From NCBI GenBank assembly GCA_964415795.1, contig CAYQBN010000004.1:35144-99143 (forward strand): a stretch of 64,000 nt of DNA, written 5' to 3'. The DNA is from an uncultured Spirochaetales bacterium (lineage in GTDB: Bacteria; UBP6; UBA1177; JAKLFG01). The position numbers and the translations under genes are program-made. The notes under the pieces were generated by a model, which saw only the letters and a program-made list of their open reading frames with translations, did no database searches and was not told the DNA's origin. Below, one piece after another: positions 15,501 through 23,557 of the stretch. The first letter of the stretch is position 1. The number at the start of each line of letters is the position of its first letter.

Positions 15501-17972
15501 GGCTACAGCCATGGGAGCGAGATAGAACCTGTGCGTCTTGGTAAGCCCGTTTGGCACGAGATGTCGTGGACATTCGATCCCGGTCAGGCGACGACGGTGA
15601 GTCGTGGTGACAATCAGGACAACTTCCCTGCTTCTTTCTATTCCATACTCCTCGGGAAGAGCAGTATTCAGTGGGGTAAGTTCTCTCTCAACCTTGCCGC
15701 GCCGATCGTGCAACTCCACTGGAATTGGAGGGAAGATGTGGTAAAAGATAGAGAAGATTACGCAGCAAACCTTGTTGATGAAGAATTCGATCCGGAGCAT
15801 ACCTTCTACGAGCCTCCCTACCACATCTTCAACCTTGCCGACAACGACTTTTTCTTTGCCTTCTCGACCGGTCCGCGCGACGAGGATTCGGCCCTGAACT
15901 ATCTCAAACCGGAGAACCTTCCCGGCAATGCCAAGGTAAACGAATTCTATTTCCGGCTCAATTCGACCGAAACGACGGGTGGCCCCTATTATCTTCCGCT
16001 GCCGCTCAAGCAGTATGCACGGAGCATCCGGCTCCAGAGCGAACCGATAGGCATCTCGTATCGGCAATTCATCATTGACTCTTCAGCGTTTCTTCAACCA
16101 CCCATTTATTACGATCACTTCAAAGCGAAATGGCGTTACCTTGGACTTATTGATTTTTCCCGTGATCCCGGGCTTGACCATTCAGCCGCCCGTCGCTGGG
16201 ATCTCGTGGAGAACAGCATCGTCGCCCTCGCGAAGTACCACGACGAAAAGATGCTCACGCTCATCGCGGGCGATGATGGCATCACCTACGGCATCCGTCC
16301 CGACGACGATCCGGAGACGCCGGCGACCTTCTGGATCGTGCAGAACCTGCCGACGAGCACAGGCGACTGGGAGCCGATCGGCGTCTTCACCCTGCCGCAC
16401 ACCGACTACGAACTCCTCACCGCGGCCCAGCACGGGGAGGCCTTCTATGCGATCCTCAAGGAGGCGGGCGCGCCAGCGCTCGTTGAAGCGACGCTGAGCG
16501 ACCCCGAGACGGGCGAGTGGACGCTTGCGACGCTTGCGGCGGTGCCGGCGGCGCTCACAAGCCCGACGATCCACTGGCTGGGAGAGACGCTCCATGTGCT
16601 CGGTAGCGACCCATCGGGCATGAAACTCTACCGGCTCGACGGCGGCAACCTCGTGGCGGTGACGGGCGCGCTCGTGCCGCCAACCCGCGACTTCTACAAC
16701 GCCTACGCCTCCGGCGACGCTCTCTACCTCGCCGGCGGGAAGAAGTCGGGCGACATCGTGACCTACCCGAAGGACATCTGGCGCTACACCGCGGGCGCCG
16801 GCTGGGTGAAACTGGCCGACAATGTCAGTAGCGACCTCTTCAAGACCTTCATGCGCGTTTCGGGGAACAGCCTCATCCTCGTCAATCAAGCGCTCGTCGA
16901 AGGGAACATTGCCAGTCGAGTGACCGTTGACCTCACCGCGCCGATCGGGAGTAATGTGACGGTGGACACCGTCGAGGTCTTCGGTCTCTCTCCGGCAGGC
17001 GAGAGCGCCTACTGCCTCGACGAGAACGACGGACTCGTAAAAGGCGGCACGCGCATCGGCGGCTTCTGCCAGCCCTTCACCCACCCGTGGTACCAGTCCT
17101 TCTCGGTCGGCACGACCATCTACAGCGTCGCCGGCAAGGGCAGCCGCCTCTATGTCGGGACGAACTCCACGATCCGCATCTACGACATCTCCGACCCGAA
17201 CGCGCTCACCCTCAAGTACACCTTCACGACCAACAAGCGGGTCTATGACCTCGAGGTGGTGGGTGACACCCTCTACGCGGCGACGAGCGGCGGTCTCTAC
17301 AAGTTCAGCATCGCAAACCCCGACACCCTCGTCCAAGAGAAGTTCCTGAGCACCCCGTACAACTACCAGTACCGGCTCGAGTACTACGACGGGAAGCTCT
17401 ATGTGGGCGATGACAACGGGATCAACATCCGCGACAAGGACACCTTCGCGCGGCTCGCCTATGTGAACTTTGGCTCGGTAGTTGACTTTGCGATAGCGAA
17501 CGGGGAGATAGCGCTCTACTGGTACGTCTTCTGGGACGAAGGGGTGCAGATACGGAATGTCGCGAACCTTGCCCTCAAGGCGTGGGAGTATGGGTACTGC
17601 TCGAGCGGAGAACTGACGACCGACCACGGGGCATTCTACCTCTCCTGCGACAACTACGAGTACCGCTTCGCGGGACGCCCCGACACCTACATTGACTTCT
17701 ACCCGCTCGACGGCGACTGGCGCGAGATGCAGGAGAACCACCTCTACAACGGGTGGGTCTACATCCCAGACGGGAACAAGGTGAAACTCTCGACGAATAG
17801 CGCGGTTCCGAGCATCTGCGGGAACGGGATCGTGGAGCCGGGCGAGGTCTGCGACGGGAACAGTATTGCCTGCGGCGAACTCGACCCGAACCAGTGGAAC
17901 GGCGGCACGGCGACTTGCAACTCGACCTGCACCGGCTACAATACGACTAACTGCTACTGGGGAGGATGCTAA
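12561..17972 (+). CDS. giant (~1804 aa) secreted mosaic surface protein: EGF-like Cys-rich region, thrombospondin type-3 Ca-binding repeats, Kelch/LVIVD-like beta-propeller, C-terminal Myxococcus-type Cys-rich repeat
   Basis: GGAGGG RBS then ATG at 12561 (MRRLASW...SLFLLVTLFVLLG signal/anchor). Cys cluster CECQCSCENNPLCWYGFCSQCQW...CEPNFC. TSP3 repeats DADGDGVPDACDNCPTIRNP and DHDLDGVGDACDPD. LVIVD-like LYVGTNSTIRIYDISDPNAL. C-terminal CGNGIVEPGEVCDGNSIACGE...C. Confidence 0.7.
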   Translation: MRRLASWLHRRVRTSEIGVNTSLFLLVTLFVLLGTWPVNLFSAPTLSPIEIVPAPVDNEVGVSSVVVRGSYSGERPLRIAVSGCFSSPVYVDRVIRITKEVFGYYAHGVPLGTGGPCTITLQEQKPNGMWSAVPGATTQVTYNPANTRSLWGRIANSGPHWGEEQRAIYFYAGPRIIEENMTMSYPVADVSPLFPLFIIEHGRLLYLPQNAPIIISRKDNIDTKGPANPLEEYWSSPEGIAMLFQEIKAAGVNIIMFTWWGDLEEEISEEFPSAPVGIPDNYWKIYSAPTLPKTCRYELRFAENFCTQITGGLRFDAPASEENPGILKRSPCECQCSCENNPLCWYGFCSQCQWNPNKGEFFCGDENMSCYFNLLCKRKCISAADCSPGEDCVENIVENICKKRCTNQPTDCPAQEICVEGYCEPNFCQHFPYFEETSCYEPFSEADYQQSGINTHGRRYDVIDQMFKAAVDAGLLVVPVMEYDPFHYFLYEFPHNLAPIRKRISQLLTKYGDHPNWLYLYDKEGYPRKAIYLLQALSIRPGIYRENGVDIVIGKEDYANALDSLAEEFSVGFILDPTALGPDYQYENMHTPSIDEYLRISSLLAVSPFGLPFAQHLTIRDKVLTWASSSSSPLEPIDEPIEDHLMNKAWQWVSEWKSPTEGNRVPLVVNVIPGFDDRWRAPMSPSVFNVFGDNPSWRERNAALAFLFNTAGISLAIWNGYGEGYVWTPYRKRLFLRDERYQIDSSYQSGPLAIPQERLNLIFATRGNLPPDDPRYIGDKNDPHYNDPVHEDHIVTDNYCYAGYLFSQDADGDGVPDACDNCPTIRNPMVLAMGEVAFGYNGPDDYSNGALFNPKTRKHTKTVWGKFGIPSYYWQPDHDLDGVGDACDPDTAYVKPLEVVSPPMKQGADSSRTYIANEYLTLKVQATTTQEKSVPSTNRYCWITKNEYLRGLWGTPGYCSVYRPEPEPGKPFVWQAGRSFGYSHGSEIEPVRLGKPVWHEMSWTFDPGQATTVSRGDNQDNFPASFYSILLGKSSIQWGKFSLNLAAPIVQLHWNWREDVVKDREDYAANLVDEEFDPEHTFYEPPYHIFNLADNDFFFAFSTGPRDEDSALNYLKPENLPGNAKVNEFYFRLNSTETTGGPYYLPLPLKQYARSIRLQSEPIGISYRQFIIDSSAFLQPPIYYDHFKAKWRYLGLIDFSRDPGLDHSAARRWDLVENSIVALAKYHDEKMLTLIAGDDGITYGIRPDDDPETPATFWIVQNLPTSTGDWEPIGVFTLPHTDYELLTAAQHGEAFYAILKEAGAPALVEATLSDPETGEWTLATLAAVPAALTSPTIHWLGETLHVLGSDPSGMKLYRLDGGNLVAVTGALVPPTRDFYNAYASGDALYLAGGKKSGDIVTYPKDIWRYTAGAGWVKLADNVSSDLFKTFMRVSGNSLILVNQALVEGNIASRVTVDLTAPIGSNVTVDTVEVFGLSPAGESAYCLDENDGLVKGGTRIGGFCQPFTHPWYQSFSVGTTIYSVAGKGSRLYVGTNSTIRIYDISDPNALTLKYTFTTNKRVYDLEVVGDTLYAATSGGLYKFSIANPDTLVQEKFLSTPYNYQYRLEYYDGKLYVGDDNGINIRDKDTFARLAYVNFGSVVDFAIANGEIALYWYVFWDEGVQIRNVANLALKAWEYGYCSSGELTTDHGAFYLSCDNYEYRFAGRPDTYIDFYPLDGDWREMQENHLYNGWVYIPDGNKVKLSTNSAVPSICGNGIVEPGEVCDGNSIACGELDPNQWNGGTATCNSTCTGYNTTNCYWGGC

Positions 17973-19676
17973 ATGATGAAAAGGAACATGATACGCGGGG
18001 GCGGCGATGCCGCCCCCAACTCACCCCAAGCCCCTCTCTTGGCAAGAGAGGGGAAGCGGTTCCCCGGAACGCGGGGTGAGTTCGGATGGGGGATTTTGCT
18101 CTTCTTGTTCCTCGTTGCCTGTTCTTCGACGAAACCGACGACGACCGACGAGAGCGCGTCGGTATGCGCTGGACGGTGCGGGATGGCAGAGGGTGTTCAG
18201 TGCGGTCCGTGCGGCTACGGATACGCCTGCAACGAGAAGGGCTACTGCGTGGAGATTGAGGGGAATGAGAGCGAGAGTGTTGGGAGGAGTGAGGAAGAAT
18301 CTTCCCCTGACGAAGAGAAAGACGAACATCCCGATGCTGACCGTGACACCTACGATCCCGACTGTCCGCCGCTTCTCGAGGCGCAGTTTCCGTTCTACCG
18401 CGAGGATGGGACGATCCACTTCTGCCGGAAGTGTGACACACCGACCGAGAAGGATCCGCAGTGCGTGCAGAATCTCTGGAGGGAGTTAAATCAAAAACTA
18501 GCGCATGATCATCCTGATGTCAGCTGTTACCCCTATCCGTGCGAGATGCCATCTATTACCTCGATGACGAAAGAGGAAGTAGAAGCGGTGTACACCACCT
18601 ATTCCATGCATGAATGCGATTTAATGCTTAATGAGTACGGATGGGTCAATGACTCGACCGGTGGTCAAATCAAGCACTGGAACCTGAGCGGCGGGAAAAT
18701 AGGGTTCTTGATGGATGACAGGATGGAAGTGGATATAACCAAGTATGCCATAGCGGACCAATTCTTTCTCTATGATACCTCATCCACGAAATATTCCGTG
18801 ATAAGTCCCAGCGAGAAGGGTTTCGTTTATCAAAATGGGAAAGCCCTTCTTTATTTCAGAGACAGCCGAAGTTTTGAACTGGGTTTTCCCTACATATATG
18901 TTGGTTATTTCGGCACAGACGGCACCTACCGGGTGGTATTCGACAAGCCGATCTACTCGATACTCTACACGCCTGCTTTGAACGAGAAGTGGGCGTTTGC
19001 GAACATCAATTTCGTGAAGAACGGTACCTCGACGATGTACTACGCGAAGGTGGGCGAATGGAAGTGGACGGCGCTGGGGCAAGGGGTGGCATATTATCCC
19101 GATGTAAAAGGAGACATGCTCGGTTTTTACGACAGCGGAGAAGGGGGGTATATTTGCGATTTATCCCAGAAACCGACCTCGGTGGAATCTTGTCGGAAGG
19201 TGAATCGTGAAGGCGAACCGGCACGAGACATCGTGTTCGATAAGGAGCGTGATGGGATAGCGGCCTATACGAATCTCAGCACGGTATTTTTGGTACGATA
19301 TGACAAGGATCCGATGGAACGCACGGAACTGTTTTCGGACTACACGGGGAAAGCGGAGCATTTTTTGGGTTTCATCGTAAACATGCTGAGAGGTGATGTG
19401 CTGTCGTACACCGAGGTTTATTTCTACGGTGGCGACACCTATGGAGGCCGTGCCTGCTTCTATCGTTTGGACACGAAGAAACGGTACTGCATGAACAAGA
19501 TGGAAGATGACAAGCAGTACTCGGACGGAACGGTGGTTTATCCTTATGGTGACGCCGAATTTGAAGGCAAGTGGTTTCTCTACCAAAAGCAGAACAACTC
19601 CCCGCTCATTCTGCGCGACATGGACTGCTACTGCGCGAAGGAAGGGGTGTGTCCGTTCGAGGGGTTGAAGCGGTAG
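17973..19676 (+). CDS. Cys-rich hypothetical lipoprotein (lipobox LVAC-S), probable partner of the giant protein
   Basis: Starts 1 nt after the giant gene's TAA. N-terminal CxxxC/CGPCGYGYAC cluster, acidic linker, then an aromatic-rich beta domain. Lower-GC segment 18.48-19.7 kb. Confidence 0.6.
   Translation: MMKRNMIRGGGDAAPNSPQAPLLAREGKRFPGTRGEFGWGILLFLFLVACSSTKPTTTDESASVCAGRCGMAEGVQCGPCGYGYACNEKGYCVEIEGNESESVGRSEEESSPDEEKDEHPDADRDTYDPDCPPLLEAQFPFYREDGTIHFCRKCDTPTEKDPQCVQNLWRELNQKLAHDHPDVSCYPYPCEMPSITSMTKEEVEAVYTTYSMHECDLMLNEYGWVNDSTGGQIKHWNLSGGKIGFLMDDRMEVDITKYAIADQFFLYDTSSTKYSVISPSEKGFVYQNGKALLYFRDSRSFELGFPYIYVGYFGTDGTYRVVFDKPIYSILYTPALNEKWAFANINFVKNGTSTMYYAKVGEWKWTALGQGVAYYPDVKGDMLGFYDSGEGGYICDLSQKPTSVESCRKVNREGEPARDIVFDKERDGIAAYTNLSTVFLVRYDKDPMERTELFSDYTGKAEHFLGFIVNMLRGDVLSYTEVYFYGGDTYGGRACFYRLDTKKRYCMNKMEDDKQYSDGTVVYPYGDAEFEGKWFLYQKQNNSPLILRDMDCYCAKEGVCPFEGLKR
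18031..18053. repeat. near-perfect 11-bp inverted repeat CCCCTCTCTTG-g-CAAGAGAGGGG (strong hairpin) inside the first ~80 nt of the lipoprotein ORF
   Basis: Read directly from the sequence at 18031-18053. The arms are exact reverse complements. Confidence 0.6.
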
Positions 19677-19688
19677 CGCCGAAAAGAT

Positions 19689-19717
19689 TTGACAAGTGCT
19701 TTCTCTTCGGGTAGTAA
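19689..19717 (+). promoter_or_regulatory. sigma70-type promoter for tRNA-Val (TTGACA-17-TAGTAA)
   Basis: TTGACA at about 19689-19694, 17-nt spacer, TAGTAA at about 19712-19717, roughly 12 nt upstream of the tRNA 5' end. Confidence 0.45.
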
Positions 19718-19729
19718 GGGTCTGTGCGT

Positions 19730-19805
19730 GGGCGATTAACTCAGCTGGTAGAGTGTCTGCGTCACATGCAGGAAGTCGCAGGTTCGAGTCCTGCATCGCC
19801 CACCA
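19730..19805 (+). tRNA. tRNA-Val (anticodon CAC)
   Basis: Hand-folded cloverleaf. Acceptor GGGCGAT/ATCGCCC, D-stem ACTC/GAGT, anticodon loop GUCACAU, T-loop TTCGAGT, encoded CCA. 76 nt. Confidence 0.85.
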
Positions 19806-19837
19806 CTCCTTTTCTTACCTGACCAAGGGAGGAAACG

Positions 19838-20245
19838 ATGTCCGTACCGCTTTCCGAAGAGTATCGCGTGAACATCAGGGTGCTCGACGAACACCATGAG
19901 CGACTCTTCAACATGATCGAACGCCTGCGAGCCGCCGTCGCCGAAGGCAGAGGCCGCGAAGAGGCCGAAAAGATCCTCGGAGAACTGTGCGACTACGCCG
20001 AAGAGCACTTCTCGGTGGAAGAAGGAATGATGAAAGAAGCGAAGTATGCCGCCCTTTCGGCACACCGGGTCGCCCACCGCGAGTTCATTAGCCAAGTAAG
20101 AGAGATGATGACCGAATCGGCAAAAGGAAAAAAGAATACGCTTTCTCTTGAAATTGCCGCATTTCTCAACGACTGGCTCCGGAAGCACATCCGGATAGCC
20201 GACCAACAGTATGCTCCGCTACTGAAATCAAAAGGCTATAAATAA
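19838..20245 (+). CDS. bacteriohemerythrin (single-domain O2/NO-binding hemerythrin)
   Basis: Four-helix hemerythrin H...HxxxE...H...HxxxxD ligand pattern (HHERLF, HFSVEE, HRVAHREF, HIRIAD). GGGAGG RBS. Confidence 0.75.
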   Translation: MSVPLSEEYRVNIRVLDEHHERLFNMIERLRAAVAEGRGREEAEKILGELCDYAEEHFSVEEGMMKEAKYAALSAHRVAHREFISQVREMMTESAKGKKNTLSLEIAAFLNDWLRKHIRIADQQYAPLLKSKGYK

Positions 20246-20276
20246 CAGATAGTTATAAATTTTTACAATTCCCCGA

Positions 20277-20308
20277 TTGACTTTTGTCCACCATTAGACT
20301 ATAAGTCT
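20277..20308 (+). promoter_or_regulatory. sigma70 promoter of the efflux operon (TTGACT-17-TATAAG) with a 5-bp inverted repeat AGACT-ATA-AGTCT overlapping the -10 (candidate TetR operator)
   Basis: Sits in the AT-rich 115-nt gap upstream of the TolC-like gene. The inverted repeat was read directly from the sequence. Confidence 0.5.
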
Positions 20309-20360
20309 TACCGACTTTTTTATTTTTTTGGTCTTTCATTATAATCGTTGTGAGGTATCC

Positions 20361-21725
20361 ATGCGTTGGAAGAAATCTTGCCTACCAATGCTGGTCGCCC
20401 TGTGCGGACTAGCTATGCCTCTTTTCGCTCAAGAGCGCCTGAGTCTCGACCAGTGCATCGCCATCGTCACGCGGGAAAGCGAAACGCTCCGCTCCGCCGC
20501 CGTCTCGAAAGAAGCGGCGCAGTTCGACGCCGACGCCACCTTCTGGAACTACTTCCCTACCGCCTCGATCAGCGTCAACTACCTCAAACTCTACTTCGAG
20601 CCTGAGCCGGAAAAGATAGAGATACCGAGCATCCCCGGAGTGACCGACGGTCTTTCGGGGGCCTTCGACATCCCCGAATGGAACCGCACGCTCGACATCA
20701 CGGTGGCCCAACCGGTCACGCCGCTCTGGAGCGTCTGGAAGGGACACGACGCCAAACGACTGGCCGCCGAGATAGCCGCCTTCAAACAGCAGGCGACCAC
20801 CGCCCAGATCGCCGCGCAGACCGCGGAGTACTTTTACTCCTATCTCATGCTCGAACGCTTCGAGGCGCTCATCGCCGAAAGCGAAAAGCAACTTGACCGC
20901 TACGCCGCGCAGGCGCAGAACTTCGTGGACGCCGGCCTTACCGACAAACGGGCGGTGCTCAAGGTTTCCATCGAGAAAGCGAAACTCGCCAAGGAGAAGG
21001 AGCAGGTGCGCGGCAACAAGGCGCTCGTCCGGCGCGCGCTCGCACTGCTCATGAACCGCGCCGAGGAGAGTTTCGAACTCGAGTATCACGAGGCCGATCT
21101 CGTGCCGCTCGCCATCGACCGGACGGAACTGACCGCTCTTCAGAAGAAGAACCGCCCCGAACTGCGGATGCTCGAACGGCTCGACCGGATCGCGGACGAC
21201 CTTTCCGACATCGCGGTACAGCCGCTCGTGCCAACCGTGGCGCTCACCGGCGGCTACCGGCACAACTTCGACTCGTCGCTCGTGAGCCCGGAGGGCACCT
21301 TCTTCGTCGGCGCCGTCCTTTCGTGGAACTTCGGCTTCGACACCCTCAAGAACATCGCCGCCTACCGCAAGGCGCGGAGCGAGAAGACCGCAACCCTGCT
21401 CGCCAACATCGACGCCCGCAAGCAGATGGACCTCCAGTTGTCGAGTCTCCACAGCGACCTCATGGTCAAGGAAAAGGAGATCGCCATCGCACAGGCCTCC
21501 ATCGAGGCGGCGGCGGAGAACCTCCGCATCGAAGAGGCGAAGTATCAGGAGAAGATGACCACCGAGACCGACCTCCTCGCGGCGAACCTGCAGGAGCGGC
21601 AGGCGAAGACCTCCTACATCACCGCGGTCTTCCAGTACAAGATAGCGCTCTGGAAACTCGCCGCCGTCATTGGCGTTCCGGTCGAACGGCTCACCGGCGC
21701 ATCGAACAAGGGAGGTGAACGATGA
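20361..21725 (+). CDS. TolC-family outer-membrane efflux protein
   Basis: Signal peptide MRWKKSCLPMLVALCGLAMPLFAQ. Duplicated coiled-coil/beta-barrel OEP architecture. The ORF-track start at 20328 is a TTG and is rejected. Confidence 0.7.
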   Translation: MRWKKSCLPMLVALCGLAMPLFAQERLSLDQCIAIVTRESETLRSAAVSKEAAQFDADATFWNYFPTASISVNYLKLYFEPEPEKIEIPSIPGVTDGLSGAFDIPEWNRTLDITVAQPVTPLWSVWKGHDAKRLAAEIAAFKQQATTAQIAAQTAEYFYSYLMLERFEALIAESEKQLDRYAAQAQNFVDAGLTDKRAVLKVSIEKAKLAKEKEQVRGNKALVRRALALLMNRAEESFELEYHEADLVPLAIDRTELTALQKKNRPELRMLERLDRIADDLSDIAVQPLVPTVALTGGYRHNFDSSLVSPEGTFFVGAVLSWNFGFDTLKNIAAYRKARSEKTATLLANIDARKQMDLQLSSLHSDLMVKEKEIAIAQASIEAAAENLRIEEAKYQEKMTTETDLLAANLQERQAKTSYITAVFQYKIALWKLAAVIGVPVERLTGASNKGGER

Positions 21726-22399
21726 ACGACCTTTCCGAAAAGAAGGACCTCATCATCGCCAACTTCATCAAACTGGTGCAGGAGTACGGCATCAACCGGG
21801 TGACACTCTCCGATGTCGCCCAGCGGAGCGGCCTCACCAAATCGGGGCTCTACTACTACTTCGATTCGAAAGAAGGGCTCTTTCTCGAGACGCTCAATAC
21901 GGTCTACACGAAGATACGGCAGATCGTCGAACGAGATATCGAGCCGATCGCCGATCCCATCGCCAAGATCCATCACTTCATCACCCTGCAGGTGGAGATA
22001 TTCTCCGACGAATCGCTCGGCCTGTCGTTCCTGTCCCACTGTTCTCTTGACATGATGGAAGAGATAGAGCGATTCATCTTCAGTTCTCCGGCACTCGTCG
22101 CGCGCATGACCGAAATACACCGATCCGAGCAACGCTATCTGGAACAACTGCTTTCACCGATACTCGTTCCGCGCGGCATCCCTGAAGCAGAGATACGGCG
22201 GCGCGCATCGCTCTTGTTCCTGCTCATCGAAGGATTTCTCTACATGAGTCGAAAGGTCGCCTCGGTAGCGCACACGGCGGACGATGTCCGTGAGATCGTC
22301 GGTGATGCCGATATCGCGTCCTTTCTTGCCGAGACTTTGGCGACCGGCGTGGTGGGAGAGGCGTTTCGTTCCCAAGATCAACGGAGGATCAATCCATGA
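21722..22399 (+). CDS. TetR/AcrR-family transcriptional regulator
   Basis: N-terminal HTH (VTLSDVAQRSGLTKSGLYYYFDSKEGLF). ATGA overlap with the tolC-like gene. GGGAGG RBS. Confidence 0.8.
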   Translation: MNDLSEKKDLIIANFIKLVQEYGINRVTLSDVAQRSGLTKSGLYYYFDSKEGLFLETLNTVYTKIRQIVERDIEPIADPIAKIHHFITLQVEIFSDESLGLSFLSHCSLDMMEEIERFIFSSPALVARMTEIHRSEQRYLEQLLSPILVPRGIPEAEIRRRASLLFLLIEGFLYMSRKVASVAHTADDVREIVGDADIASFLAETLATGVVGEAFRSQDQRRINP

Positions 22400-23547
22400 A
22401 AACGAGCAATTACCCCCTCATCGTCCTTTTGTGTGGAGCGGCTCTTGCCCTCTCCTCATTCGCCTGCTCGACCGAAGCATCAGCCGAGAATGGCTCTCCC
22501 GCACCGGCGGTCGTCATCACAAAACCCGAAAAGAAAAAGTTCAGCCGCTCGTTCGAGACCGCCTCGACGGCGATGGCGTTCCGCACCGCATACCTCAATC
22601 CGAAGGTTCCGGCGACCATACGCCGTTTCCTCGTCAAAGAGGGTGATCCCATCAAAGAAGGACAATTGCTCGCGCAGCTCGATGAAAGCGATTATGCCGT
22701 CGCGGTGAACGCCTCACGATCGCAACTCGAAGCGGCTGATGCCGGCGTTCAGCAGGCAGAGGCCGCCTTTGCTAAGATAAGCGCCGACTACGAGCGATTC
22801 AAAAAACTGCACGAGAACGGCAACGTCTCCGAAAGTGAGTTTGAACAGGTAAAAACCGGCTATCAACAAGCCCAAGCGGCACTCGCGCTCGCCAAGGCCC
22901 AGCGCAATGTGGCGGCAACGGCGCTCGAGGGAAACCTTCGCCAGATGAGGTACACCGCCATCACCTCCCCCTTCTCCGGCCATGTCGCGGCGCGCAACGG
23001 GGAGATCGGAGAGATGGCATCCCCCGCGAGTCCGCGCCCCCTATTCGAGATCGTCCAAGCCGATAAACTGAGGATACAGATATTCGTCAGCGAGCTCGAG
23101 ATCGGCGGCATATCTCCTGAGACCACCGCTCAAGTGATCTTCGATCCATTCCCTGACGATCCGGTCTCCGCGAAGGTCAACTTCATCAACAGCAAGGTGG
23201 ACCCGACAACCAAGAGCGTAAAGGTCGAGTTGCTTGTCGATAATCCCCACATGAAATTCAAACCGGGCATGACGGTGAGGGTCCGTATCGCATTGCCCGA
23301 ACGCGAGTATCTTGTCATCCCGCGCAACGCCGTCTTTACCCGAGACAACGAAGCGGGGGTCGTCTATGTGAAGGACGCCGAGGACCGTGTGTTCCCCAAG
23401 GACATCTTTCTCGGTGGCGGCGTCGAGGGCTTCGCGATAGTCGCTGGCGGACTTACGGGAAACGAAGAGATCGTCGTCGGCGGCGGCCGGCGGCTCGAAA
23501 CGGGACAGAAGGTTACGGTCGTCACACCGGCGACCTTGGGCAAATAG
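22396..23547 (+). CDS. RND efflux periplasmic adaptor (membrane fusion protein), lipoprotein
   Basis: Lipobox LSSFAC. Coiled-coil hairpin plus beta-barrel MFP architecture. GGAGGA RBS. Confidence 0.8.
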   Translation: MKTSNYPLIVLLCGAALALSSFACSTEASAENGSPAPAVVITKPEKKKFSRSFETASTAMAFRTAYLNPKVPATIRRFLVKEGDPIKEGQLLAQLDESDYAVAVNASRSQLEAADAGVQQAEAAFAKISADYERFKKLHENGNVSESEFEQVKTGYQQAQAALALAKAQRNVAATALEGNLRQMRYTAITSPFSGHVAARNGEIGEMASPASPRPLFEIVQADKLRIQIFVSELEIGGISPETTAQVIFDPFPDDPVSAKVNFINSKVDPTTKSVKVELLVDNPHMKFKPGMTVRVRIALPEREYLVIPRNAVFTRDNEAGVVYVKDAEDRVFPKDIFLGGGVEGFAIVAGGLTGNEEIVVGGGRRLETGQKVTVVTPATLGK

Positions 23548-23557
23548 GGAGGCGATC

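Noticed and set aside
19677-20360. Genomic island integrated at tRNA-Val.
   Set aside because: No integrase, direct repeat of the tRNA 3' end, or other mobility gene is visible downstream. The unusual genes lie upstream of the tRNA.
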